Assembly: GCF_018977255.1 (NCBI RefSeq)
Contig: NW_024704743.1
Span: forward strand, 46,068,001-46,132,000
Source: Callorhinchus milii
Lineage: Eukaryota
Length of the DNA: 64,000 bases
Direction: 5' to 3'
In this document: positions 1-12,805 of the stretch, in pieces
Layout: the number at the start of each line of letters is the position of its first letter
How positions within the stretch are numbered: the stretch's first letter is position 1
Position numbers and translations under genes: made by a program
The notes under the pieces: generated by a model
What the model saw: the letters and a program-made list of their open reading frames with translations, nothing else
The model's database searches: none
Told to the model about the DNA's origin: nothing

Positions 1-188
1 TTCTCCAAACCATGCACTTGCAACTCATATCTATTCCCTTCATAAACATATATATTATATTAGAATGATTTGTTTTGCATTACCCATGTGCTTTAATATA
101 TCCTCACTTCTCCACCATCATACAGACTCAAAGACAGCAATGTAACTTTAAACTGAAGGTAACCTGTATTTCATAAGATGTTTCACAG

Positions 189-311
189 GCAGAGGATTTA
201 ATGCAGGATTTGGACGAATTGCTGACGCAGATTTCACAATCTGACAACAGTACTTGTTCACTTACATTGGAAAAACGAGGAAGCATCACAAAGCAAATCC
301 ATCAAAAAAAG
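189..311 (+). CDS. Internal (penultimate) coding exon of unidentified gene A, phase 0-0: AEDLMQDLDELLTQISQSDNSTCSLTLEKRGSITKQIHQKK
   Basis: Acceptor tttcacag| and donor AAG|gtatga. 123 nt, open in frame 0, and joins in frame to the exon at 4472. Confidence 0.75.
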
Positions 312-704
312 GTATGATCAGAGTTAGCATTTAACCCTAATAAGTGCCTCCAATTTAGTCAATTCCCTGTTTAATGGGGTTCAGCAGAAATCAGTCTATC
401 AGAACACTTGTTGTAGAATCCTTTGGTTAATGTAATCATTCTCAAAAGTACCATTAATTTCATGTAAAATCCTGCAAATTATCAGGTGCACTCCAGGTGA
501 ACATGCTTTTGTGTGTACCTTTCACAATCACTTAGTTGACTAAAATATACTGCCACTTTTCTCCCTGAGTTTTATTGGCTATCACTTGCACTAAATTATA
601 ATTTACAGTGTATATTTAAGCCATGAAGATAGGAAATCTACAGAAATTGTTGCAGTAAATTCAGTAAAAATTATTGCCAAATCAGTTGAATTTAGATCCC
701 TAGA

Positions 705-850
705 TGTCATACTCAAGCTATCCCGTGCTCTGGTTAGGCTGCACCTAGAGTATTGTTAATAGCACTGATTATAGTTCTGGTCACTGCATTATAAGGAGAC
801 GGTGCGGAAGAGATGATCCCTGGTGTTAGACAAATTAGCTATTTTCTGCC
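705..850 (+). mobile_element. Degenerate CR1 LINE ORF2 fragment
   Basis: ctggttaggctgcacctagagtattgt = LVRLHLEYC, a CR1 ORF2 C-terminal motif also present in the copies at 18.8 and 44.4 kb. Confidence 0.65.
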
Positions 851-1609
851 TTTTCTGGACCATGACTCCAAATTTCCTGGTGAATACATTGCGATTGGCA
901 GCCTGTTTGTTTCTTATAGGGCTCAAGGGACTCGTATCCCGCTTACTTGTATGTTAAACTGTAACTCCACACTGACTGATTTATCAAACTTTCCAAATAG
1001 CAGGGTGTCCTAGCATTTGGGCAAATTGTATTGTTCCTGCACATTTATAAATTGCCCTCTCTGAACAAACAATTTCTCTATTAAAGTACCCAATGTAGAT
1101 AGTTGATAAAAAAAGCTCCATTACTGGAAAAAAAAGGCAAGCTTTATTTTGGCTTTGATAACATGACCTGAGATTGCTTAGTTTTTATAAGCAATGGCAT
1201 CTTTCAACTTGATGAACATCAAGATCTGTCAAGAGATAATATTACTTATATTGGATATTGTGCCTTACCACATTGAAGGCGTCACACAACAGTGTATTTC
1301 TTTGAAGTGTGGGAACTGTTATATAGTATATTAATTTGCAACAGCAATATCCCACAATAAGTAACGTGATAACTGACTACCAGAAGCCATACTTTTTCAA
1401 AATGCAATTCATCTGATTAGCCAAACAGATTGGGAAGTCTCAATTTAATTTTTTATCTGAAGATTAAATTGGACCTGATGTGCTTGATCAAAGAGTCAAA
1501 CAGTTCTTTAGTTGTAGAAATAGTGCCCAGATAAATGAATAAACCCTTTGTACCTTGTGGATCTGTGAATTGCTCTTCCTTTCTAAAGATCTGGAATGTG
1601 TTGTTACCC

Positions 1610-2225
1610 AACTTTGCTCACATCTTCCTTCCACACCCTTCTCAAACTACTCCAGTCTGGTTTCCATCCTGTTCACAGCACCAAGACAGCGCTCATCAAG
1701 GTTATAAATGATGTCCTGTCTCTGCAACCAGCGATGCCTTTTCCTCCTTGTCCTCTAGGACCTGGATTTGACACAGTGGACCATGCCATTCTCCTTGACT
1801 GCTCTCCTCCTTCATCCACCTCAGTGGGATTACTTGCTCCTGGTTCAAATTCTACTTGACCCACTGCCACCATTTCGTCTTCTCTAATGGTTTCTCCTCC
1901 CACCCCCAAGTTTTTCGCTTTGGTGTACCCAAAGCTCTCTCCCTCCTTTTTTTTATTTCCATGCTCCCTCGGTGATATCATCCACAGACATGGGGTCAAC
2001 TTCCACATATATGCGGATGACACTCAAATCTATATTTTTTTCCTCTAGTCATGACCCTAGTCCTATTGATGTTCTGGCTGCCTGCTTGTCTGACATCAAG
2101 GCCTGGATGAGTGCTAACTTCCTGAAGCTCAATATGGAAAAAATGGAGGCCATCCTCCTTGGCTTCCGTCAGTGTCTTCACCTGTGGTTTTGACCTTAAT
2201 CTTCCCTGCCTATCCTCAGACCCAC
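1610..2225 (+). mobile_element. L2 LINE ORF2 (RT) fragment
   Basis: QSGFHPVHSTKTALIKVIND, FDTVDHAILL, HIYADDTQ and IKAWMSANFLKLN motifs, with frameshifts. Confidence 0.9.
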
Positions 2226-2249
2226 CGAACCTGCACCCAACCATAGCAG

Positions 2250-2600
2250 GAGGCAAAATCATTTAAAAGTGTAATAAGGAAACATTTGTTCATGCAGTGG
2301 GTGGTGGGAGTGGGCAATTCATTCCGCCAGAGGGCAGTGGAGGCAGTCAATTGAAAAATTTAACGGGAAATCGATAAATACTTGATAGACAGGAGTATCA
2401 AGGGATATGGAGAGAGGGTGGGGAGGTGGAATTGAGTTGTGGATCAGCCATGATCTTGTACAGGGCCATATCATGTCTCAGGGTCTTAGCGCTTAACAGA
2501 AAGAGTTAATATGAAATGAGCCATGCTCCGCCACTGTCAAGCGCTCTGGGACGCTACCCTGCGTGAGAGCGCTATATAAATGCAAGTTGTTGTTGTTGTT
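2250..2600 (+). mobile_element. CR1 3' end followed by an L2 3' tail with (TTG)n
   Basis: CR1-type gagtatcaagggatatggagagagggtgggg...gatcagccatgatc, then aagcgctctgggacg...gcgctatataaatgcaag(ttg)n. Confidence 0.7.
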
Positions 2601-2844
2601 GAGTGTTGTATTCCAGACAAATACAGCAGACGATCTGCATCAGCAATTTCCCACAAATGACAATGAGTAACCAATTCATTTTAATTGAATATGGATGAGA
2701 GAGGAACATGAGCTGGGGAACATTATACTTGCATTCACAACTACTGTGTACTTAAAGGTATGCAAATATTGGGCAATGTTTTTGTTTATACAGAAGTCAA
2801 ATAGCTTCAATTAACTAAATGTCAGATTGAATATACCACAGCTG

Positions 2845-3125
2845 AAGCTCACTCAATGGCCTAGTGAATAAAGACACGGCTTGTTCCAGCATTAAGTTAT
2901 ACAGACAAGGTTGCAGACTGTGCTGAGTCAAAGCCAGACTCAGTCAAGCCAGCAATTGGGATCCTACAATTGTCCTCGGTGCTTTGAGTTTGAGAAGGAA
3001 AAATTAATCACACTTTCTACTGCTGATTACAATCCAGAAATTCCCATTGAATGGTGGGACATATGGGTGTTAAGTGAAGGTAGGTTTGTTATCAGCTGTG
3101 ATGGTCCCTGCAGTCAAACAGCTTA
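2845..3125 (+). mobile_element. Ancient SINE, AmnSINE2-like
   Basis: ctgtgctgagtc...gcaattgggatcctacaattgtcctcggtgc...gaaggaaaaattaatc...ctgctgattacaatccag resembles the recalled consensus. A second copy lies on the - strand at about 8130-8330. Confidence 0.45.
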
Positions 3126-3319
3126 TCAATACATTCACTTACAAGACTCAAAAACAGCAACAGAAACTTGCATTTATTTAGCTCTCTTCACACAGGATCA
3201 TAACTTGGAACACTGTAGGATGCCGAGCAAAACAGAAGGGGATAGGGAGGTTGATTTTAAGCTTGTTAGGCGAGGTAGGTCTTATAATGAGATTTAAAGA
3301 GAGATATAGATGGGGTGAG

Positions 3320-3560
3320 AGAACAACAATAACCAACAAACAGATTGCATTTATATAGTGCCTTTCACGTCAGGTGGACATCCCAAGGCCCTGGACAGTC
3401 GAGGGTTTGCACCTGCCTGGAGGTTGGATTAAGATGGGTGGGGGACAAGAGGGGTGGGGGTGGGAAGATGACCGATAGTATGATCAAAGAGGAAGGTCTT
3501 GAGACAGACCTTGAAGGAGGCATGGGAAAAGGTGACTCGTAGGGACACTGGAATGGGAAA
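3320..3560 (-). mobile_element. L2 3' end
   Basis: Reverse complement has SFKVCLKTFLFD plus the L2 tail and (TTG)n. Confidence 0.8.
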
Positions 3561-4471
3561 CAGAAAATGTATGTACAGATGTAACAATAGAACAGCACAG
3601 TACAGTAAAACCCATCTTTCAATGTTTCCTACATAAAATAAAACCAATATATGAATTGTTTTATGTATATTTAACATATAATAATGAATAAACATAGAAA
3701 AATAGCATAAACATATTATAATAATAAGCATAACAATCATAATAATGTCATAAACAGGGAGTCCTTCCAGTAATTGAAAGTATGTAATACTGACTTTCGG
3801 GAAATCTGCTCTGACACTATCCATTTCTGGAGTGGATTACCCAAGGGTTGGCGTGAGATACTTCTGGTTATCAGAAAGATTCCCCACTTTGCCCCTCAGA
3901 ACCATGAAGAAATCCCATTAGAAATTGCTGTGTTTGGATCGCAATGGATTTGAATTGTAAATTGATGCTTAATGAAATTTACAGTAATTATACCACTATT
4001 AGAGCAGATATTAGAGTGTCCACTAATGCCACGAAGTTCTGTCAGCCAAAAATGCACCAAAAACTGAATAAGCAACCATATGTGAGCTTATCAGATGCAT
4101 TTAATAAAAAAAAAGCTAGCCTGGAGTGATTACAAAACTGTAATCTCATTTTTTAGTTTGAAAGACAATTACTGTCCAATCAAGGTTTGCTGTCATGGAT
4201 TATGATGCCATTTGAAACCCCCTAATGGAATTACTATCTTGTAATCGTTCCTAGGCATCAGTTATTTTGTTCATAAGATCATTATTTAATAGTTGTAGAT
4301 TTGTTATAACAAAATGCCATGTTTACACATACATTTTTCAAATGGAATTACTCAGCTGCTTGTATGAAAAAACGTGTGTGCATCCCACTGTCACAGATTT
4401 GAGTATAAAAACATTTCAAGGCATTGTGAAATTTAACTGAATATGAAAACAGAAATATCATTTTTTTAAAG

Positions 4472-4651
4472 TTACCTGATTGGAGTGAAGTGGATTCTGA
4501 AGTGACAGAACTAAATGATTCCACTGAAGATGAGGAAGATTGCACTGTAATAGACGGAATAGAATTTAAGTCTGGGACATGTAGAGAAGAAATAATGCAG
4601 CAGCTGAAAGACATCAATGCACTCTTTGCCGAGCTTGAAGGATGTTTTTAA
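4472..4651 (+). CDS. Terminal coding exon of gene A: LPDWSEVDSEVTELNDSTEDEEDCTVIDGIEFKSGTCREEIMQQLKDINALFAELEGCF*
   Basis: Acceptor tttttttaaag|, 59 sense codons plus TAA (4649-4651). Acidic stretch then an amphipathic helix. AATAAA follows about 210 nt downstream. Confidence 0.75.
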   Translation, partial: LPDWSEVDSEVTELNDSTEDEEDCTVIDGIEFKSGTCREEIMQQLKDINALFAELEGCF

Positions 4652-4864
4652 TATCACTTGTATTTTTTTATTTTAAAATGATTTAAAGTCTTAGTGATCT
4701 GTTAAGCTATCTGTTAAGCTGAGGTGAATGTCCATCTTCATACAATAACACGAACACACTTGTAGTCATGTATGTTTTGAAGAAGAAAGGCTAGCCTCTA
4801 GTTCCTGTGAATGTGTTTATTAGAAAGAGTCAACTTGTTACAAAGTGGTTATTTTGCTTCACAT

Positions 4865-4870
4865 AATAAA
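4865..4870 (+). terminator. Candidate polyadenylation signal of gene A
   Basis: AATAAA about 210 nt after the stop, followed by T-rich sequence. Confidence 0.5.
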
Positions 4871-6801
4871 ACTTGAACATCACCTTATGTTTTCATCTCT
4901 GCTCTCCCCTTTGCCAAAAGGATATTTTTCCCTATTGTCCATCAACAGACAATGAGAATAAGAAACATTTGCTATGATATTCCAAATTATTAATGTAACA
5001 CAATGATACATCATTTTGGAAAGTTAAAGCAACAAGAATGCACTTGGGACTAATTTGTTATAATCTACAAAAAAGCAATTTGTTGGGTTAATTGTGACTT
5101 TTGATTTGTGAATATCAGAAAACATTGCATTTGGGACGATTTGCAGAATGGCTACTTACAACAGAGTCCAAGAAAAGGTGTCTTTGATTAGCAGTTTTAT
5201 TAGTCCAGATTTCACACACAGGATTTAATTGCAATTTGGTTAGTGTTTCTTTCTGTGGGAAGTTGTTTGACACAGCGGTTAATTTCTCGTTCAATATTTC
5301 TGTAGTTAAAGCTGTTTTGGATTCTTCCCCCTGGGATCCCAAAACATTCTGTGCCGATTTTGTTCACGTTTTTAAAAATATAATTACATGGTCAGGTTTG
5401 GACCAACTTTTACTTAGTGTTTCTCATTCAGGATGGCAGTCAATCTTGTGCACAGTCCATAGCTTTAGAAGCATCCACTGCAGTGATTGCATAGGTGTCA
5501 TTCATTTATCCCTTCATTTTGTCGGTACCGAGACTAAAAGAGGCCAGCCAGTGCCAGCATCTGGCAGCCTATTTACATCTCAGTCATCTTTGTTATCTGT
5601 CTCCTCTATCTTACAACTTTATGGAAGATGGATGAAATAGTACTGTTTTGCTCCTGCCTGGTGTTGTCCTAGAATATTTCCAGTTGTCCTAGGATATTTT
5701 TCAGAATAGACTTGTGTTTTCCTATATTACAATCTTTAACAAACAAATAATATATACACTGCCTAATTGCCTAATTGAACCTGGAAAAGAGAACATAGGA
5801 TTTGTTCCTATTCTATTCTCATTTTAAACTTTTTCCTCCTTATTTTACTAGATGATGTTTCATGTTATTGTTTAACTAACTGCGTATAGTCAAAATGAGA
5901 GCACATTTATACAGTAATGAGAGATGAGGTTAGATCATTTTGAATCAGTTCATTGAAGGAACAGACTTTCCAGGTTCAATGAGGTATAGTGCCTATTATA
6001 TTGTGGTTACCATTAAAGAACAAAGACTCCTATGCTTAACGTGAGTAATGTACCCTTTTCTCTCTGATTTCCTCTATATACAGCAAATTATTTTTATTAC
6101 TGGCACCTTAAAACTTGACGACTATATGAATGTCACCACCTTTCTTTGTGAATATGTAATTATGATTGATAACAGCTATAGTGTATTATCACCAAGTGTA
6201 ACTGCCGGAGAATAATAGAAAGAAGGAGTCAAGTTAAATTTTGGAGAATGTTAACTACAAGAATGCTTGAAATAAAAATATTAAAAGTTTGATCATTTGA
6301 CACAACCTGAAGTTTCCCTATATTACAGGTGCAAGAACTGAGCAAATTGAAAAAGAAAGGCGTTGTTAGGCTGGATTTTGACTGGATGCCACAGCAAATC
6401 CTTAAGTTCCAGGCTTCAATCTTGTGACAATTCTCTCAGCGCTCTATATCTCTTGGTTACACAGTTAAGAGGAGGTAGCATTTAATATATATATATATTT
6501 ATAAGGAATATAGTCAGTAGTTTTAACATTACTTTTCCTACTCTCCTGGAATGTCACCCTTCCCTCTTCCTAGTCATTTCTTTTATGTGTCTGATGTTTT
6601 ACAGGCCTTCGAATCTACTTTCTGAGACCTGCCAACATGCTTTTCCATATCCTTCTTCACATAAAACTATTGATAGGCCCCACATGTACAACTCACTCAT
6701 GTTTTTGAAGAGAGAATCAAAGAATATTATTGTAAAGACAAAGTCACTCCAGTATAGTAATATCACTCTGTTCTAAGGAAATAGATCCGCTAAGTTACAG
6801 T

Positions 6802-7123
6802 GGAGTCCTATAATTTAGTGGTTAGAGCACTTGCCTCGCAAACAAGAGGACTCGGGTTCGATTCCTGGGCAGGGCGAAACGTTAGCAGGTTTCCTTACTC
6901 CCAATGTCTCTAGCAGTAAGTAGTGACCCAGTTATGAGTCAATTGTCGGATCGCTTTTATGGGGGTAATAATTGCTTCCATTTTATTAAAAAAATTGTGG
7001 GAAAGTGCTGTGCACAATTGGCTGCTGTATTAAATGCAAGGATTATAATTAGTATATTCAGTTAAGAGCTTTGAGACATCTTGAAGATGTGATAGGCACT
7101 ATATCAAATGCAAGAATTATTAT
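6802..7123 (+). mobile_element. tRNA-derived SINE with L2 tail (long, older subtype)
   Basis: GGAGTCC...box A/B head, central ctagcagtaa segment and aaatgcaag(tta)n tail. Confidence 0.85.
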
Positions 7124-7668
7124 ATTTTAGAGTACACAATGCATTCACATAAACTCCACCTGCCAAAAACATTTCCAACTTGCTCCATAGAAGTGGCCAG
7201 ATGCAGCATTTTGGGAAGAGAGCACAATGTGTATTCAGAGGAAGAAATTCCAGAAATAATGTGGGATTCCATGTTTCTGATTGCCTATAAAGTGTGGTAT
7301 GTGAATAATAATGATCTTAATGTGCTTTACTGGACACAGTAGAGTGAAAAAAATATCACCTGTGTGACCTCAAAGCTATGCTCGTAGGCTAAATTGGCAT
7401 CCACAAATGTCAAGCTGTGGTTTATGGCAGCATTACCTTGCCAAAGTTTTCACATTAGTTTAGGCTTCATTGTAAAGTAGATTATCTTGGTATTACCTTG
7501 CTCAGCGTCCACCCTGCCACTTTGTAGTGCTCTGAGATGTTATTCTATATGAAGAAAGCTATATCAATGCAAGTTGTAAATTTCATTTTTTCTCTCATTT
7601 CTGATTCTCCTGATTTCATCCATCACTCTGGCTTTTGAGGTAACTATTTCCCTTCAAAAGAAACAGTT

Positions 7669-7890
7669 GGAGTCCCATAGAGTATTGGTGAGAGCACTTG
7701 CCTTGCAAGTGAAAGGATCTGGATTCGAGTCTCAGGCAGGACAAAACCTTAGACAAGTTTCCTTACTTCACATGCCTGTTTACCTAGCGGTAAATTGGAA
7801 CCTGGTCGATTGGCAGATTGCTTTCTGGGGGTAATAATCCCTTCAAAAAATATATAAATAATAAAAATTATTTCGTCACTCAATCCACAC
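7669..7890 (+). mobile_element. tRNA-derived SINE, 3'-truncated (long subtype)
   Basis: Same head and central tgtttacctagcggtaaattggaacc segment. Confidence 0.8.
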
Positions 7891-8129
7891 TTTAAGAAAT
7901 GAAAAAAATATTATTATTGTTGCTTATATTAATGCATTGGGAGGAAGTCTCAAAGCACTTTACAGGATTACTGTAATGTGTAATGACTGTATTTTTGTAG
8001 GTGAATATATTTTATCCAGGTTTTGTACAGAATCCAGGAACCTTCTGATGCTTCACCCAAATGATAACTCTACCGATATGAGCCCATAAAGGTTCTTGGA
8101 TTGTGGAGAATATTCATTGATCCCAATTC

Positions 8130-8330
8130 TGTATACACACTTGTCATTTTAGCAGGAGGTCACTGGATAACAATCAGGAGCACAACATGATAATAATTTT
8201 CCCTTCTGAGGCAAGGGATGCTGAGGCCAATTATCTTGCACCACCTCCTGGCCAGTTTGAGATCAGTTAGATTAGCACAGGTTACCAGTCTAATCTGGGA
8301 TCCTCTTGATTTTTACAGCATTACTGAATG
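8130..8330 (-). mobile_element. AmnSINE2-like ancient SINE
   Basis: Reverse complement: ctgtgctaatctaactgatctca...aattggcctcagcatccc...gctcctgattgttatccagtgacc. Confidence 0.5.
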
Positions 8331-9439
8331 GCATAAAGGCAATTTTACATGGATTATATATAGATTTACCAGTGATTAATAATTTGGTTACCCATTCTAA
8401 TGTAGATACATGTCTGTTATAAATTACTCTGAGATGATATCATACTGTTTAATACTGCAGNTTTTTTTTCCTGTTGTAGATTAGAAAATTCCATTAATTG
8501 TAAATTCGAAGACCGGCACAAAACACAGTATCAAGACATTACACCAGACCAAAATGGAAATTCTCCAGTTGATATCTTCTGTCATTAGAGGGAGCTCTAT
8601 GATTGAAGCACTTCACTGGGGGCACCTAGTGGAAGGTGCTGCGGGATGACAGCACTGTATTCTGCAGGTGTTGCTGAATTGCTTGAGGATCTGTCACTGT
8701 TGTTTCAGAATGACGATAGCTTGGCTGTTTATAAAATCTATTCAGAAACATTAAATTATAACACAATTCAATAAAGTAACTCCATCATACTCTCCAGGAC
8801 TATTGGTGTTTTGGCATTCTGGTTGAATCCAGATGACAACATGAAGGTGGCTTTAGGACTATTTGATGAACCCAACAGAACACAAGGCTGTTCTAAGCCT
8901 GTCAGTACTGTATCACAAGAACCGAGTATAATGCTATACTGTATATCACATCTTCTGGTGCAATTATGTTTTCATGCACAGAAATAGGCACTTCCATTAA
9001 ACATATCAAATGTTACTTTATTTTTTCTTAGTTGGAAGTTCAAAAATTTAACTTTTGTCCTTTTCCAGTTACAAGCATTGAGAAAAAATAAAATGTGTAC
9101 ATTTAGAATTAGGGTTCGTGTATTGAATAACACAATGTAACAGCAACCAAATGAACAGCAGAAACTATGGATCCACCTATCACAACTCACCTTTGACCTT
9201 CCCACTTGTGAGTTTGAATAGAAATGATAATCTTGCTAAGGATTGTCTTACCTGTCAAGGTTACGACTCACAGTGTTTAGGAGATGTCTTCAATTCCAAG
9301 TCATATTAATGAGTGGATGTCTGGCCAATAACAGTATCTTGGATTATTGGGACTCTGCTTTGTGTCTCTTCACAGCTGGTTCAGTTCCAGAGAAACTTAT
9401 TCTGCCACTGGGGATAAGGAGTCACATATAGGAGAGCAT

Positions 9440-10090
9440 ATAAGTTCCAGTTGTTATGTTCTGGAGTTTGTAGAGAATGGAGTTGGAGAGGCTGCTGAAC
9501 AGGGTATTGGAAATGTATTGAGGTTTTAGCTGCATTGGAGGAGAGGTAGTAGCAGATATGGGTGATGTTGCAACGATGGAGGAAAACGGACTTGGTCAGA
9601 ACCTGGATGAAAGGTTTCAAGAAGACATGAGGATTCAACAAAACACCACAGGCTCCATGAACTGAGTAGCATCCAGGGAGGTTACCACAGTCAACGCCTG
9701 AAGGGAAGACAGACAAGTACATGCAGGTTTCAATATTTTCAAGTACTGTTATACAAAATACAAAATAACATTTGTAAAGCGCCTTTCACGTCAGGAGGAC
9801 GTCCCGAGGCGCTGAACAGTCAGGGATTAGGACCCGAGTGGGAAAGTGGGGGTGTTGGTGGGGGCGGGGGTGGGTTGGGATCAGGAAGTGGGGAGGGCAG
9901 AGAGGGTAGGAGGATGGCTGAAGGCGCGGTCGAAGAGGGGGATCTTGAGGCGTGAAGGGGGCAAGGGAGAGAGCGCGGCGAAGGGAATGTGGGATGGAGT
10001 TCCAAAGGCTGAAGACCCGACCCCCGATGGTGGGGCAGGCACGGTGGGGGACATGGAGCCAGGCCAGAGCCTACTAAGCGGAGGGAGCTG
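9440..10090 (-). mobile_element. Two L2 fragments (old ORF2 piece at 9440-9720; 3' end at 9765-10090)
   Basis: L2 tail aagcgcctttcacgtcaggaggacgtccc on the + strand, plus degenerate L2 ORF2 sequence. Confidence 0.75.
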
Positions 10091-11919
10091 ATAAATTGAT
10101 AAGGACAGGTATAAATCTCTCCTTCTACACTAAACTCTACTCTTGTTTGGGAACATACTGAGCAGTGAGGAATCACCCACTTTCCTGTGATAGGAAATAC
10201 TTTCTCAGATATCTTTGTGGATAGGGAATCTTGATGGATTCCACTGCCACTAAGTTTGTACGTGATACAGACACACAGTGATATTTAAGTAATAGTTTCT
10301 TCCCCATTTCTCCAATTTCCTCCCTTTCAGATTTCTCTCTACTAAAGTGCTCACTGTATAGCAAAGTGTAACACTCTCAGGCTTGTAATTTCTCATGATC
10401 TTAGCCTGAAGATTATTGTTTTAGAATTTAAGATCACGCGGAATTTCAGTTTTAACTTTGAATCCGTTTTTTTCACATTTCTTCCTCACAACTTCCACTG
10501 AATTTAAGAATTTTTCGAAAATTCTGCATGGTCTTAAATTATTAAATTTTCCAGGAATATTTGCTTCTCAACCACCAGAAGCTATCATTGAAATGGTGGA
10601 AGATGAATGATGTCAGTATTTTTCTCTTGCCTTAAGACAGAGCACCTCAATTTCACATTATTCATCCCACAGGCCAGCTGAAAACTGACAAGAACTCACC
10701 CAACTGAGGCTGACAAGATCAAACAACAGGCAGCCCTGATACTTAAGTTTGCAACCTTCTGGTTGGGGAATCTAATGCGGAATCACTTGAGCTACACAGC
10801 CTTCCAATTTATTTTAGTTTGCGAATGAGCAAATAGAACTGACATTGCATGGATATAAAATGGTTAAATATGCAGCAAGCATATGTTCTTCCAATACAGC
10901 GCATCTTGTTCTTCCAATATTTTAAATTTATCTGGAATGGTAGCTAAGCTTTTAGGAAACCTGTGGTCCGCACATTAACTAGTTACCTTCAGTGACGATA
11001 GATCAAGTGGTGAGGGAGCTTTTCATTCAAAAGTTATGCTCACCTCCAAATAATTGCATTGGTGGAATTATTATAACAATGACATCTTCTATCCATATCA
11101 CTTGCCTTGCCCAACAGAGTGTTAACAAAACAGTGTACATTGGGGTCAAAAATACTATTGTGGTCCATCTGACATATCCAAAATAAATAAAAATAAAACA
11201 ATAAGGTTTATAAGTAATCCAACACGACTGTATGTCTCACCCTTGCCCCACCCTCAACTACATTTTCACAAAATAACTATGTAATTCTCCCTTGAATTTG
11301 CTTACGCAATCTCCCTCCACTTGGTTAGGCTATTCCACATATTTACTGCACTCCCAGTAAAACAATTTAATCTAAACTGTCTGTTTAGCTTCCCATTTCT
11401 GAACTTGTCAAGTTCACCTTTTCTGAATATAGGACCATGTTTAATGAGCAGTTTTCCAATGCCATACATGTTGGCATAGATATTTAATATATTGAATTTA
11501 GTATATTATATTTAACCCCAAACATGTTGGCCTGAAAGAGGCAGAACAATTTTATTGACTCTTCTCAAGGTTATTCTATCCAGTTCATTGATGACATTTT
11601 TTCCAATAATTATGCTAATAATGGTTCTTACATTTGACATAGCGGCTTTCATGTCAGCACTTCCAGGGATATACTGTAAAGCATAGTAGCTATTTATACT
11701 AATTTCCATACAACAATGTCCCACAAGCAGCCATGAAGTGAATAAATCAATTCTATTTGAGAAAATGAAGGCCAGGACACTGGGAGGAACTCTCTTTTTT
11801 AGTGTTCTGGGATCTTAGCAGATATTTAGAGTGCGAAACCATGATGAGTTGTATTAGTTGTTTTGCCTACGGCTGAATTCAACAGGACAGGGTCCCTGAA
11901 CATACAGAATACTCTACAA

Positions 11920-12381
11920 CAGTGAACCTCGCATTAGATGTATCAGTCAGGACCATAACATTTAATATGACTTATGCAAAGTATGCATAATATATTCCTT
12001 AATCAATAATGTACATTGTGCATGCAACAGCAACAACAAATTACATTTGTATAGAGCCTTTCATGTTGGGAGGACGTCCCATGACACTTCAATGCAACCG
12101 GTGAGTGCGCATGCGATGATGGATCAAAACTTTGTTTCGCCAGATTCAATGTAGCCGGTCAATGCGGTCATGGCGTTATGAGTTAGGAGATAATTTGCAT
12201 AGGATTTAAGATGTATTTAGGACAAAGAAACCATTATGATTTAGCTGTTTATCTGATTTATAAATAGACTAGTGCAAAGAAATCTAAATAATTTTTGGTA
12301 GGATGTTGAATGGGACTCGCGTGCATGCACAACTTGGGTGATTATATGATTTATAAAATAAGACTTATGCAAGTTTTACTG
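11920..12381. mobile_element. Tigger/pogo-like (Tc1/mariner) MITE containing a short L2-tail insert
   Basis: Imperfect TIRs cagtgaacctcgcattag / (rc) cagtaaaacttgcataagtc, with TA at the right end. A related left end follows TA at 59155. Confidence 0.55.
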
Positions 12382-12429
12382 TAACTCCACTGAACATCAG
12401 TTATTATTTTTAATTTATATTTATAAGAA

Positions 12430-12805
12430 TAATACTTGCATTTGATATAGTGTCTTTCAAGTCGTCAAGGTTTCTCAAAGCACTTCGCAGGATAAACTGT
12501 AAAGTGAATTGACTGTATTTTGTAGGTGAAAATTAAACCAAGGTCTCATCTACCTGTTCAAATGGACTTTAAAAATCTTACAGCACGATTCAGAAAAGAG
12601 AAAGAAGGTTCTGCCAGAGTCCTAGCTAACAATCCTCCAGATAAAATTAATCATTCACTCCATTGGCTGTTTGTGGGACATTGATGTATATTTGCCTGCA
12701 AAATATATAGACTCTTCATAGCAAAAATCTTGTGAATTGCTTTGAGACATTTCAACAATGTGATAAAGTGCATTATCAAATGCAAGTATTATGATTATGA
12801 TTATG
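12430..12805. mobile_element. Inverted pair of SINE 3' fragments (- then +, Deu domain)
   Basis: Reversed tail at 12430-12530, then a Deu-type body and tail at 12531-12805. Confidence 0.7.

Noticed and set aside
5236..5640. 134-aa ORF
   Set aside because: Non-ATG start, no recognisable domain and no convincing splice context.
6329..6474. In-frame TGA codons as selenocysteine or readthrough
   Set aside because: TAG/TAA stops, frameshifts and a SINE insertion occur in the same exon chain; C>T decay explains them more simply.
8617..8636. CTCF-like motif on the - strand
   Set aside because: Mismatch in the core GGC; cannot be supported from sequence alone.
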